Position numbers and translations under genes: made by a program
Notes under the pieces: model-generated
What the model was told of the DNA's origin: nothing
Databases searched by the model: none
The model's input: only the letters and a program-made list of their open reading frames with translations
Source: Ascidiella aspersa
Taxonomy: Eukaryota
DNA: 64,000 nt
Direction of reading: 5' to 3'
NCBI GenBank assembly: GCA_963924565.1
Contig: OZ004607.1
Location: 21,762,001-21,826,000, forward strand
Shown: positions 13,550 through 25,712 of the stretch, piece after piece
How positions within the stretch are numbered: the first letter of the stretch is position 1
Layout: each line of letters starts with the position of its first letter

Positions 13550-15190
13550 TACCAGTGGCCCAGCATCTGCCATGATTTATTCATCGTGCAATAAAACATC
13601 CGATGAAACCTTAATAGGTGGGGGGCTGGGGGCATTTTTCCATATAGTACGCTTATCCCTCAAAAATTGTAACAAAAGGTTTTTCAACTGACTTGATTAG
13701 TATTGGGTGTCAGTTTTAACATATTAAAAATGTTAAGGATTCCAACTTTCGGAAAGTAGTTATTTTCAATATGGCTTCCAAGATGGCCGCCAAACCATTA
13801 AAATGACAGTAAATTGGCCATAACTCTGTCATCTTATGACCAAAACATGTAGTTTTGGTGTCTATGTGTAGGTTTTTATACCCTGTGAAGTCGATGAGAC
13901 CATTCTCAGACTTTGTTGAATTATCTGATATCCTATAAATATCTGAAATATTGTTTACTTTCCATCCTCAGTCTAGATCATCCATACCATCGTCAGTACT
14001 CATTCAGACCAGCATAATCTGGTATTAAACTTTGGGGCAGTAGAGGATGATGTAGGTGGCAAACTTTGGGGAGAATTAACTGTAGTAATTTTCATGACCA
14101 ATGTGTTGTAGAGCAGTTTTTCCAGGTAACTACTGCTATCGTTGCCAAATAAACGGTCATCTCGGTGTCTGCAGTAAAGTGAACAACCGCAGTGTTTTTT
14201 TAAGGTGTTTTGGGGGACCGTTTCGGTCCAAATTTCTCCAGCGGCTTCCCAAATTTTGGACTTGCAACTTTTTGGTATTTAAATAAATCACTTGCGGTCT
14301 TTTAAAACTACTTAGCGGTCACCCAAACCAAACCTTAAAAAAAAACCTGCGGGTGGATGTTTATACTGCGTCTTTGATAGGTATTGTCTTTGATAAACGG
14401 ATTACCATATCCATCAAAGACCACCGTTGCTAAGCCATAATGAGGAATGGTAAATTCTGCATACGACTGTGCAGACCCATAACTGTCTCCAGCTACCCAT
14501 GGCACTAGATGCAACAAGGCCCCTTCATCGAGGACGTATAGTGATCGGTTTTTGAGGCAGATTATTTCACTATTTTATAATCGCCTGACGTCATACTGCT
14601 GACATGTTCTGTGATGGCGGAAGTTATTTGAGGCTCATTGACTTCTCGGAAAATAGGTCTAGCTTCAAACAAGGCGGTGGGTATGTACTGAGCCCGTGCT
14701 TTATCACTTCCCGCATGGAGAGATCACCTGTTCAGGATACGACGATGAATATCTGAAACAACAAGTCGGGATCGGTCGTGCGGTCTGGGGCAATTGGCAT
14801 GGAAGAGGGGTTTTAGCCTTATCCTTACTAATGGTAATCTTGTCAAGAGCATGTATGTCTCTCTTTAGGCGTGCATCTGTGGTTTCTTTTGTGTTCATCA
14901 CTGGTGGTATATACCAGGTTGTTAAAATCCTACATTGTCATGTTGTACATTGCTGTAACTGGCATGGACAATGTCCAGAGTGAGCGCTGTTCGTCATTCA
15001 TCCCGTAACCATGTGGTAAGCCTCCATTGTTTTTAAGAGACCTAAAAAAAAAGTTGCTGTTCGATTTCACGATCTGAGTTATGAGTCTATTGCACAGTCG
15101 TATGCAGATTTTACCATTCGTCAATATGGCTTAGCAACAGTGGTGTTTGATGGATAATTTGGATATGGTGGTCCGTCTATCAAAGAAGTT
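13550..15190 (-). mobile_element. Relic of an Academ-like (XPG/PIN-nuclease-containing) DNA transposon
   Basis: Peptide remnants RSLKNNGGLPHGYGMNDEQRSLWTLSMP, TDARLKRD and LHLVPW...YGLATVVFDGY...KD...RR. Family assignment is from recalled motif similarity; boundaries approximate. Confidence 0.55.
14190..14349 (+). mobile_element. 160-bp MITE, internal-deletion derivative of the hAT family at 2584-5723
   Basis: First ~80 bp match 2584-2666 and last ~80 bp match 5646-5723. No clear TSD. Confidence 0.9.
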
Positions 15191-15234
15191 TGGGAACTAC
15201 TGAGCTAACGATTTCCAAAATAAGGCTCTAAAAG

Positions 15235-15859
15235 CAGGGGCGGGCAACCTTTCTAACACATGGGCCAGTTAGGAAATTTAATGCTTACAGGAGGGCCGCA
15301 TATAAACACTAATTGATATTTTCAGCTTTTACTAGAAAAACACAAGTACAAGCGAATATGAAATATCATAGCAGACACACATGTAGATGTTCAAATAGAA
15401 GTTAGTGAGAAGGCTGATGTTGGATATTTTGAACCAACTGGTCAATGTTTGGTTCCAGGCCAGATGTGCATAGACGCAAACTATTTAACAGCAATAATTC
15501 AAAACCAGCTGTTAAACATAGCATCTCAGTCAATATGCGCGGCAAAAGTCGTAGCAGACAAGTGTAATTGTTGCAAAACAATTCTTTATCATACCAACGT
15601 GACGCAAGTAAAATTTTATGAATAAAGATTGTTTTGGAAGAGATGCTTCCCATTCGAGTTCAACAATGCATTAGTGTACCGGTGTAGCCTATGGGTTACA
15701 TTGCACTTTTAAACAGGAAACTGAAAGAGCAAAAGTTCCAACATTGGTGCGCACAAAATACCCTTATTTAGAGAAAAGTATCTGGAAGAAGGCGAAGGGC
15801 CGCACAAAAAATGGCAAAGGGCCGCATGCGGCCTGCGGGCCGCACGTTGCCCGCCCCTG
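15235..15859 (-). mobile_element. Non-autonomous Charlie/Buster hAT retaining the transposase C-terminus
   Basis: TIR CAGGGGCGGGCAAC, TSD CTCTAAA(A)G, and EPNIDQLVQNIQHQPSH*, the Buster-type C-terminal signature. Confidence 0.85.
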
Positions 15860-16380
15860 CTCTAAAGGCTACTCGACGTTTTAGCGGCAAGTCAAATAAA
15901 CACAAAATAACACGTTTTTTAATGGTATTAATGGGACGGGTGCAATTGCTTTTGCTATTTAGTATTGTAACGGTAACGAAATTACTTTATTTTTAGTGAA
16001 GTAATCTCGAATAGTTTTAAAACCTTGACCTTATCGCCCACAGAGGCAGCTCAGCAAGCTGTAAAAACGTAATTCTCATTAGCACAACGCAACACTATGA
16101 CGTCACAATGAACAATTCAACTCAAAGCATGCAATAACGTGAATAGCAACTGATCATAGCAATGACAAGCGCAAAAACGTTGGAATTACGTTAGACTTTA
16201 GAAGTTTAGAGTAATGTCACTTTGCGAGCCTGGGTTTGGCTTTTTTTCTTTTATTCCACAATTAGGCCCATGTACGGCATGGTTATCATTATTGTATAAG
16301 TAAGTTGCCTAAAAATTTTATTGCAGGAATTTTTTATTTCTTCAGGAGCGGCGTGTTGATTTTTGTTAGGTGCTTCGCGG

Positions 16381-17091
16381 CAGTGTTCCCTCTAAGAAAA
16401 TTTTCTAATGCTCAAATATTTTTTGTAATGCGCAAGAATATTTTCAAGCTGATGCGTTGGCAGGGGCTCGCGACAGATCATTGTTTTTTGCGTTGGGGCG
16501 AGAAGTGAAAATTTTAAAAATGACGTCACAAAGCGTGACATCATGAAAAAATACTTTCAATAAACTTGTATGTGCAACTGCAATCGAGTTAAATGTGTTC
16601 AAGGATATGGCAACAAGAGCGGTCGCGCGAAAAAAATCCGAATATTTGGATTAAATTGACAAAATGTCTATTTTTAAAAAATAGGATGCGTGATGCTTTT
16701 AGAGCACAATCAAGAATCACGAAGTATTCGCTCATTTGTATTTATCAAGATGATTTTGTCAATTGGTGAGGGCCATTATTGACCCCACAACTATGGCTGC
16801 ACAGAAATCGTGTAAAAATGCAATTGTGTTAAAAATTTACGTCCTAAAAATGCATTTCGGTTCCCGAATTATTGTCAAACACTCCACTGCTGTGTTCGGC
16901 ACTGTTCTAAACTTATTTTTTCTTTAAGCTTGATTTACCTGAATAGACATGGCCAATTGCGAAATGCTCGAACTGTTGTGGCAAAAACGTGAAGATATTT
17001 TAGTTTTGATTTGAAAATGATGAAGTGCGCAAAAGCAAATTTTACTGCACGATTTGTCTGGTGTGGCTGCGCAGCACCTTAGGGAACACTG
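16381..17091. mobile_element. hAT MITE
   Basis: TIR CAGTGTTCCCT / AGGGAACACTG; TSD CTTCGCGG / CTTCGTGG. Confidence 0.82.
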
Positions 17092-17468
17092 CTTCGTGGT
17101 CCCACAAAATTGTCTCGCTGACCCCAGTTTGAGAACCACTGTGTTATAGCGAGATGTTGGCGAGGACCGTTCGTAATACCAAATGCGTTTGCGAGATCGT
17201 TAATTCCTCGCTGCAATGTTATGTCACAGATGACAACGTAATATTGTTTACATTCGACTTTGCTCTTCATAACCATTTTGAATTGCGATTTTAATCAGCT
17301 CGAAACATTGCCCAGCCTTATTAATTATTTTCGAAACTGTAGTTTATATGATAACAGAAACACTACAAGTTAAAACAAAATAGGTGCTACGAAATGTTAT
17401 GCAATGAAGAAAGTAGGCCAATTGTGCTTACCTTCACCTCGGAAACACGCCGTAGCCTACTTGAATAC

Positions 17469-17604
17469 TGTAGGAGCCAGAGCAGTGCACACGTCAGCTT
17501 GTATTTTCGAAATGACCGAGCGAGACCGCTCGGAAAGAGCACGATAGAAAGACGTGTCGCGTGTAGCATGTCGCGTAACACATATAATAAAAGGATACAC
17601 TACA
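17469..17604 (-). repeat. 3' LTR (136 bp)
   Basis: Direct repeat of 21520-21656, adjacent to the PPT. Confidence 0.95.
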
Positions 17605-17775
17605 AAACCCCCCACCAGTGCGTAAGTCACGTTCGGTAACGAGCAGGCATGGTAATAACGCGACCACGTCGAGTTAACCTCGGTCGAATGGGAACAGAGG
17701 GTTGCGGTGATATACAAGGTATATCGGGACGTTGCGGTAAACATTGGGTAAAAGTGGGGCGAGTATTTTCCATGT

Positions 17776-20764
17776 TTAATAAATCATTATCAGTGTAAGC
17801 CGGTTTAAGTCGGTCACAATCGAGACAGTATCTACACGGCCATTAGCATGAATTTTGAAAAATTTACTGTTTCTTTCTATAACGTTAAACGGGCCGTCGT
17901 AAGGACACTGTAAGGGCGATCTATGACAGTCACGCCGCACGAAAACAAATTTACACGTTTGAAGTATACGCGGTACACTACTATGCGATTGTCTGTGTCG
18001 TGATGTCGCAATGGCGCGAACGTTCTCCATTGATTTCCGGAAGTTGGAAAGGAATGTTGTTACCTCCGCTGGGGTTGTAGAGGTGCCGTGTGACGGTGGT
18101 GAGAAAAACTCCCCTGGTAACCGCAGTGTCGTGTCGTACACCAGCTCTGCGGCAGAACAACCGATGTCTTCCTTCGGGGCCGTGCGAATGCCGAGCATGA
18201 CTGCAGGAAGTTGATCCACCCAGTGGTTGTTGTCCAATCGGGCTTTGAGTGCTGCTTTCATTTGCCGGTGGAGCCTTTCCACTATTCCATTGGATTGCGG
18301 GTGGTAAGCGGTGGTTCTTTGGCGATGGGAACCTAAGAGGGAGTTTAGGTTTGCCCATAGGTTAGACTCGAACTGACGGCCTCTGTCGGAAGTTATGGAC
18401 TGTGGTGTACCGAAACGAAATACCCACGACAGCAAAGCCCTGGCACACGACTCTGACCATCGGGATCGCCTCCGGCCACCTAGTGAAACTATCTATAGAA
18501 GTAAAAATGTAAGAGTAACCCTGCGACATCGGAAGGGGTCCGACGATGTCCACATGAATTTCTGCAAACCTTTTGTCGGGGAGCGTAAATGAACCAAGCT
18601 GTGACAATGTATGGCGGTGAATTTTCGCCCGCTGGCATTGTAAACACGTGCGAGCCCACAGCCCAACATCTTTGTTTAAGCTATGCCAAATGAAACGATC
18701 GGAAACTAGTTTACGAGACGCGCGAATACCTGGATGTGAAAGGTTGTGTAGTACGTCAAAGACAATGCGCCGAAATGCTAGTGGCACAACGGGTCTGGGA
18801 TAACCTTTGGAAACGTCGCATAAAATAGTATCGCTAGATCCAAGGAGCGGAAGGTCCTGAAATTTAAGTGACGTTACAGCTGTTCGGTATGCACGAATGT
18901 CACGATTACCTTTTTGTGCTGTAGCCAAAGCGGCAAAATCTATCGCAGGAGACATCGTTGAATTTATAGCAACGCGAGATAATGCATCTGCGGCAGAATT
19001 GTGAGTGCCCTTAATATGTCGAATATCCGTTGTAAACTCTGAAATGAAAGACAAGTGACGAACCTGGCGTGGAGAAAGTTCGTTGGAGTTTCTATCGAAC
19101 GCATGACTTAATGGCTTTTGGTCGGTGAGCACTGAAAATTGTCGTCCTTCTACAAAGTATCTAAAATGCCGAATGGCCAAATACAATGCGAGAAGTTCGC
19201 GGTCGAACCCACTGTACCTGGTTTTGGCGGGTTTTAGTTTTCTGGAAAAGAATGCAATCGGTTGCCACTTGCCATCGAGGCATTGTTCGAGAGTTGCGCC
19301 CACGGCAACTGCAGAAGCATCTGTTGTTATTCGTGTTGCCGCATCAGGTTTGGGATGTACCAGCATCGTTGCTTTGGCAAGTGCGTGTTTTGATGCTAGA
19401 AAAGCAGTTGTACAGTCGTTGTTCCATACGAAATCGTTGGTTTGCCCACCCAGGGCAAGGTGGAGCGGGTGGAGAATTGTTGCTGCTCCTGGGATGAACC
19501 TATGGTAAAAGTTTAAGAGTCCCAAATACTCACGAAGGCCTTTCTTGGATGTCGGTTGAGGGAAATTCTTAACAGCTTCAACTCTTCCGGCAAGTGGCGC
19601 GATTCCTTCCGTTGAAATGCGGTGTCCTAGAAATTCAAGCTCTGAAGTACCGAACTCGCACTTGTCTGGATTCACGACAATGCCGAATTTCGCAAGCCTT
19701 TGAAACAATTGACGCAAGTGCCGTCGGTATGCACTTTTGGTCGGACTGAATACAAGAATGTCATCTAGATATACAAAGATAAAATCCAGCCCTCTACATA
19801 CCTCATCCATGAAACGTTGAAATGTCTAGGCTGCATTGCACAACCCGAATGGCATACGTGTGTACTCAAAAAGGCCGAACGGCGTAATAATGGCGGTCTT
19901 TGGTACATCTGCTGCTACTGGAATGTGGTGATAGGCACGGACGAGGTCTATTTTGCTAAAGATTTTCGCTTCGTTTAAGTTAGGTGATGAGTCCTGTATA
20001 AGAGGAATTGGATATCGATCAGGAATAGTTCGACGGTTTAGAACCCTATAATCGCCACATGGCCTCCATTTGCCGGACTTTTTGCAAACCATGTGCAAAG
20101 GCGAAGCCCATGTACTAGACGAACGGCGCACGATTCCTAAGTCTAGAAGGTTTTGGAATTCCGATTTAGCGATTTTCATCTTTTCAGGAGAGAGTCGACG
20201 TGCCTTTGTATGTACTGGGGGACCATTAGTTACGATGTGATGCTTAATATTGTGTTTCAAAGAAACGTCATTGTAAACCGCGCTTTGAATAGAAGGAAAC
20301 TCTTTAAACAGTGTTCGAAATTCATTTGTGGCATGGGTTAATGCTACCAAACCAAAAGAAGATGAGCGGGAAACACCAGCGGAAACACAGTTAAATGTTT
20401 TAGCATCAATAAGTCGATTTTTACCAAGGTCGATTAGTATTCCGTCATGTCGAAAAAAATCTGCGCCGAGAATCGGTTGCGTGACTTCGGCTATAATAAA
20501 AGACCATACATACTTTTTGCTGAGCCCGATGTCTAGGTTGATCGACCTCGTACCAAATATTGCGATGGTGCTTCCGTTTGCTGCAACGAGTTCCAGCTTT
20601 CTTTTACAACTGTTGCGATCCATTCTTGTGGTAGGAACAACACTAATCGCAGCACCGGAGTCCACGAGGTACCTTTGTCCAGTGGTGCGGTCATTAACGT
20701 GGAGAAGGCGGCGAGAACAACCAGCGGCACGAGCCGCCATTAGTGGCTGGTTGAGGCGTTTCCC
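17776..20764 (-). pseudogene. pol: Pol of the CsRn1-like element, disrupted
   Basis: LVDSGA protease, YLDD RT, TDAS RNase H, HHCC and DDE integrase. In-frame TAG at 19826-19828 and a frameshift near 18450. Confidence 0.92.
20708..20764 (-). promoter_or_regulatory. -1 ribosomal frameshift signal: G GGA AAC heptamer plus downstream stem or pseudoknot
   Basis: The heptamer at 20758-20764 is in the correct gag phase (YKGN to GKR in pol). CAACCAGC/GCTGGTTG and GGCGGC/GCCGCC pairings follow it. Confidence 0.75.
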
Positions 20765-21417
20765 TTGTACTCGCAGGGAGAAACGCACTTTTGTGCTTTA
20801 GAACCGAATCGCCTGTGGTACCAGCACAGTCGTTGAGCGTCGCGCAGGTTTCTTGTTTGCGGCGTATTGTGCTTCAGAATTGCAATTTCTTTTTGCAGTT
20901 GATTGACTTGGGCCAAAATGGGTGACGTGTCCATCAGGTCAATCATGTTGTCGGCTTTCTGCGCCAAAGCGGATAATTCCAGATCAAGTGTGGCCAAAAT
21001 TACTCGCAAATTGCCTGGTAATCGTTGAAGAAAAAGTTCGCGAAGCAAATTTTTCGAATCTTCTTCGCCCATAAGATGTTGCATTTCTCGCAACATTTCT
21101 GAAGGCTTGCGATCGCCCAGGTCTTCATGTCGAAGAAGTTTCTGTAAGCGTTGATGCTTGGTCATCGAAACCCTGCTGATGAGTGCACATTTTAACTGCG
21201 CGCAAGGATCCGCGTCATCTGGGTTTTTTATAATGTCCCGCACAACGGCGGCGATTTCGGGTGACACTGCTGCTACCACATGATGGTACTTTGTTTTCGA
21301 TAGTGTCACGCCTTTCACACTGAATTGTGCTTCTACATGTAAAAACCATAGTTCGGCGTCTTGTGGCCAGAATGGCGGAATTTTAACAGCAACGGCTGCG
21401 ACATTTTCTTCGTCCAT
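20740..21417 (-). CDS. gag: Gag of the CsRn1-like element
   Basis: Intact 225-aa ORF with [14 protein letters not shown] and [18 protein letters not shown]. Confidence 0.9.
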   Translation of the reverse strand: MDEENVAAVAVKIPPFWPQDAELWFLHVEAQFSVKGVTLSKTKYHHVVAAVSPEIAAVVRDIIKNPDDADPCAQLKCALISRVSMTKHQRLQKLLRHEDLGDRKPSEMLREMQHLMGEEDSKNLLRELFLQRLPGNLRVILATLDLELSALAQKADNMIDLMDTSPILAQVNQLQKEIAILKHNTPQTRNLRDAQRLCWYHRRFGSKAQKCVSPCEYKGNASTSH

Positions 21418-21519
21418 TATAGAATTAAGTGTTAAGTGCGTTGAACATAAGCTAGCCTACAACCTAGCAATGTGTTGTGCTTTTACCTTGCACTTACTTT
21501 GCTTGTCGGGGTCACCATT

Positions 21520-21656
21520 TGTAGGAGCCAGAGCAGTGCACACGTCAGCTTGTATTTTCGAATGACCGATCGAGTTACCGCTCGGAAAGAGCACTATAGA
21601 AAGACGTGTCGCGTGTAGCATGTCGCGTAACACATATAATAAAAGGATACACTACA
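21520..21656 (-). repeat. 5' LTR (137 bp)
   Basis: Direct repeat of 17469-17604, followed by the PBS at 21505-21517. Confidence 0.95.
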
Positions 21657-21913
21657 ATACTAACATGTATTAATTCACATCATAAATCATTTAAATCTAG
21701 GAGATTTGTACCTACCCAATTCCCAAATATATATTATTTTGATCACGTTTTTTCGCCCAGGGTCACGTGTAGGGATGTCCGATACATTTTATTCTAAAAC
21801 TGATAATCTACATAATAAAAGAGAAAGTTCGTGAGATGTGTGTGTGTGTGGGGCAAGATGTTCGCCCAGTCGGTGATGATTATAATATGAAATTCGAGCA
21901 GCGTTGACTTTGC

Positions 21914-21985
21914 GCCGCTTTAGCTCAGTGGTAGAATACTGGTCTCGTGAACCAGGCGTCGTGTGTTCAAACCTCACTGGTGGAA
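21914..21985 (+). tRNA. tRNA-Thr(CGT)-like, probably a pseudogene or repeat-borne copy
   Basis: A box TAGCTCAGTGG, anticodon arm CTGGT-CTCGTGA-ACCAG, B box GTTCAAACC. Mismatches in the acceptor and D stems. Confidence 0.75.
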
Positions 21986-23037
21986 AATTGTTGTAATGGT
22001 GACTTTGAATTTACAATATATACAATGGAAATGTTACGTCACACTCAATGCGATTTACAATGAGCTTTATCACTTACCAAGATTGTATTTAAGCATGTAT
22101 TCCAGATTCCCAGCGTTAGTTAATTTAATTACCAAGATTGTATTTAAGCATGTATCCCAGCGTTAGTTAATTTAATATAGGTATATTTAGAAGTTTTTGC
22201 GGACCCCCGGTTGAGAACCACTGTTATAAACTATGTTAACAAACGTGTGCAACGTTCCAAGTAAAGACTTAAGTTTAACAAATTTAGGCAGAGTTCGCAA
22301 AATATCGCTTTTTTTGTTGTCGCAGTAAGTAAAAGATAGTCCAAGTTTAAGGTATCCGCGCAAAACTTTTTTTCAAGCGCAATTACCTGCCGGGAAATAA
22401 AAAATAAAACTAAGTATATTTCCTTAGTAAAGTAAAATTTTAATGTTTCCAACTAAGACTATTATGTTTAGGAATTTATTGATGCCTGTTTACGCGTAAA
22501 ATTTAGGTAGAGTTCGCAAATTTACGAAGAATTAAATTTTTATTTTTAAGCCGTTTGTTAGCGACAGTGATTGAGGCCAAAGCCTAATGACTTCTTACAA
22601 TGTGTTTACCCACGCAATACTTAGCAGAGTTTGCGAAAAAAGCTTTATTGCAGCAGATAACAGCAAGCATTTGTTTTTTCAATGAGGATTTTTCTTACGT
22701 TTGACGCAGTTTAGCACCGGAATTACGTATTTGCTTAAATATGACGCTACCAAGCAAGTCTAAGCAATTGCTGCTGCAACCTAAAGTTTTACATTTGGGA
22801 GTTATTCTCAATTGACAAATGTCACGGGTTTTCGTTCCTTAAAAGATGTATTGCATGCTTAGCCAAGTGTTGTGCGTTAACCGACTTCACATCACATGAT
22901 TTGAAATTTCTATTTAGTGACACTTAGTTCAAACGTTTAGGCATAAGCAAATTTGTTATGACATTTAAAAAAATATGTTTGCATTATTTATGTCATTTAC
23001 GAAGATTTTACGAATAATCGGTAAATATTCTATTCAA

Positions 23038-23065
23038 CCTGGGCAACGCCGGGTATTTCGTCTAG
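23038..23065 (+). mobile_element. Helitron-like 3' terminus
   Basis: Hairpin CCTGGGCAACGCCGGG followed 8 nt later by CTAG|T. The 5' end was not identified. Confidence 0.6.
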
Positions 23066-24042
23066 TAACCAATATTTGACGTAATGTATATGGCGATCAG
23101 ATTTGATAGCAAATGAAGTCGTAAGTATGCCTAAGTAGGCAAAATTTATAAAATTGGAACGTTCATGGGTAATTTTTGCAGGTTATTAATACAAAATTTT
23201 CCGAACCCAAACGCTAACACGCAACCTAACCCAAATAATGTGTGTTGATTTAATAATTATTTGAACGACAGGGAAGAATCCCAAACTCGGACGGGCATAA
23301 TATATCATTTTTCGTTTTTTCGGTATACAGGATTGTTACGTCACACATTGATGTATTAAGGCTTAAAGTGTTTATATAATTATTATTAAATCAACGCAAA
23401 TTATGAGTTAGAGTTTTATCTGTTCACTGATGATTGCTATATCTATTTGCAAAATACGCCCAATTCTATTCTTAAACAACCTTTCTGTTTAATTGCTTGC
23501 CACCAGGGTCGACTGAAATTCTTTTTTCCAGTTTATTTTACAACAACGAAATTCAACGTTGGCACGCGTTATATACAAGTGATATGAGCGTTAAAGCAAA
23601 AAGGTATAACAAAAAGTATCTCTGACACAACGTAGTCATTCATAAAATCTCATTTACACATAAATCGATGTTTGAATGAAATTCATTTTAATTGAAGTCT
23701 GAGTAAATGCCACAAACGTCCGTCTAATGACCAAAGGACGCCCGGACAAAAAACAAACTTTCCGTTCGATAGAAGCATTTGTTCGCGATGCAGTCAGAGA
23801 CAATCGATTTTCATAGTCAAGGTACAGTTCACGTCAGTAACATCAAGATGCGAGATAAGGTATAACGTTCGTAATTTTCGTAAATATCAAGGAATTTATT
23901 TTATAGACACAACATTATGAACCCTTGTTCCGTGTTACAGTCCAGTTTTATAGTCCGGCATATATATACATATTAGTGCAAAAGAAATAATCCTTAATCA
24001 AGTGATAAATTGTTTTTTATCTAAAAGTTGTAAGTTATGTTT

Positions 24043-24048
24043 TTTATT
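24043..24048 (-). terminator. Candidate polyadenylation signal AATAAA (another at 23895-23900)
   Basis: Hexamer on the minus strand just downstream of the mucin stop. AT-rich context makes chance occurrence possible. Confidence 0.4.
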
Positions 24049-24052
24049 ATTG

Positions 24053-24253
24053 CTACATATATATAATTTCCCAAGGCAGTGGGTTGTCAGTAGATGTAAA
24101 TAAATCGGAAGATGGTGTTGACGTCGCTCCACCGCACGACTCGCAGGAACACGACTGTATATCAGGAATAGTAACAACAAAAGTATCTCGTCCGCAATGG
24201 ATTGGAATATCCCTTTTTTTATGCGAGACAGCCTGGCAACAACGGCAGTCATT
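24053..24253 (-). CDS. Terminal exon, CTCK second half plus short tail: NDCRCCQAVSHKKRDIPIHCGRDTFVVTIPDIQSCSCESCGGATSTPSSDLFTSTDNPLPWEIIYM*
   Basis: Acceptor tgttttacag|, phase 0. The CxCC...C...CxCxxC pattern completes an 11-Cys knot. TAG at 24053-24055. Confidence 0.92.
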   Translation of the reverse strand, partial: NDCRCCQAVSHKKRDIPIHCGRDTFVVTIPDIQSCSCESCGGATSTPSSDLFTSTDNPLPWEIIYM

Positions 24254-25267
24254 CTGTAAAACATAGCAAAATAGCCAATTGTTTTATGTTGGTTTATTGC
24301 ATTTTATAAAAAAAACATTTTTTGTGAAACATATTTTTAAATGTGTATGTGCTAGCAGCTATACAAACTAATCTAAAGTTTCCCTAAGTGCTTTGACTCT
24401 AGCCGGAGTGTCTTTTTATATATTACCACCTGGATTAAAAATTTATACAAACAACCGATGCGAACATAATCCATGTTATATTTGACAGCGCTTTTTCTGT
24501 AGGACATAATAAAGGTATCATATTTATAATTGTCGAGATTTGTAGGCAGCTGTTCGCGCCTCGCAACTAAAATCATAGAGGGGAAAAAGTCCTGTTTTAG
24601 ACCGATTTATCTCCGGAGCGTTATAGAAAAAGTGTACATCGTAGAATTTAAAAATTTTCAGACATGACGTAGAGTGGTATGTAGGTGCATATCATAGGTT
24701 TAGGAGTCTGCACCCATAGAGGCCTTCGATTGGAGGACAAACAACCTAAAATAGTGTGGCCTCATCGTTTGAGTCCTCTGTAGCTATCGACCCCTATCTA
24801 GCGGTAGAAAAACTCAATACACAATTCGTTCATATTCGCTTAGTTTGTCCAGCTCGCGAAGCAAGAGGCGACTAGCATTATGCTGAGCGCTTCATTCTCC
24901 CTGGGGAGATAAGCGGGACCTGCAATGCTCATCGTGCGAAATGTGTCCTGTTGGTAAAACAGCTTATTCCTCTTACAATATAACATGTTTTACGGCCGCA
25001 AATTTTAATGCAAAATCTGGTGGTAATGTAGACCTCTTTGTTAGCAACTATATTTCGCATGTTGTTCCTACTTAACATATAAACTAAATGTTGGTAAACC
25101 CCAGGGCTCTGTGAAAACCTTATTGTTGCTTTACGTAACGATCGTTATAGTCACAATTCGGTGGTAAACATATAATACTTGGTATGGGTTTTTAACGGAA
25201 ATCAATCGATCGGTAGCAATATCTCGTAAACAGGACTTGTTTCTCAGTTTCGTAGTAGTGTCTAGTG

Positions 25268-25712
25268 CAGGGGTGGGCAACTTCTCCAGTCGGCGGGCCT
25301 GCTATGATAAAAAAAATTAAGTACTTGACAGGCCGAATTTCTGGATCGATACATTAATCTTGTATTTATCTATCTATACAAGAAATAAAGCGTATTTTTG
25401 ATGTACTCCTTGTTAGATTGGCGACACTCTTTGACAACTTTACGGTTCTTGGCAAAATCCATGGGAAAATATTCATTGTAAATTATAAATCTAATTTTAA
25501 CCCAAAACAAAGAATCTAAAAACACAAAGAAAACAAAGAACTAAAGAATAACTAACAATCACTATTATTTGACATAGTAAGCAAGTAGTGGGGGATTGCG
25601 GCAGATTGTGGCCGCTCGCCACATTATCATGTAAGTTGTAATAGACCGGAAACTGTCTGCGGGCCGCTCAAAATCCGGGTCCGGCCCACGGGCCGTATGT
25701 TGCCCGCCCCTG
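25268..25712. mobile_element. hAT Charlie-type MITE in the mucin intron
   Basis: TIR CAGGGGTGGGCAAC / GTTGCCCGCCCCTG; perfect TSD GTCTAGTG. Confidence 0.92.

Larger units (their letters stand above)
17469..21656 (-). mobile_element. Full-length CsRn1-clade Ty3/Gypsy LTR retrotransposon (4.19 kb)
   Basis: LTRs 17469-17604 and 21520-21656 (TGTAG...CTACA), 4-bp TSD ATAC, tRNA-Trp-type PBS TGGTGACCCCGAC, G-rich PPT, gag with CHCC motif, and PR-RT-RH-IN order. Confidence 0.96.

Noticed and set aside
21656-21914. Ty3-like tRNA-targeted integration of the CsRn1 element
   Set aside because: About 260 bp from a degenerate tRNA; a single instance does not support targeting.
22075-22175. Local ~50-bp tandem duplication
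   Set aside because: Ordinary slippage-type duplication in repeat debris, with no functional signal.
23998-24266. Listed 88-aa and 60-aa ORFs
   Set aside because: Off-frame or antisense to the CTCK terminal exon.
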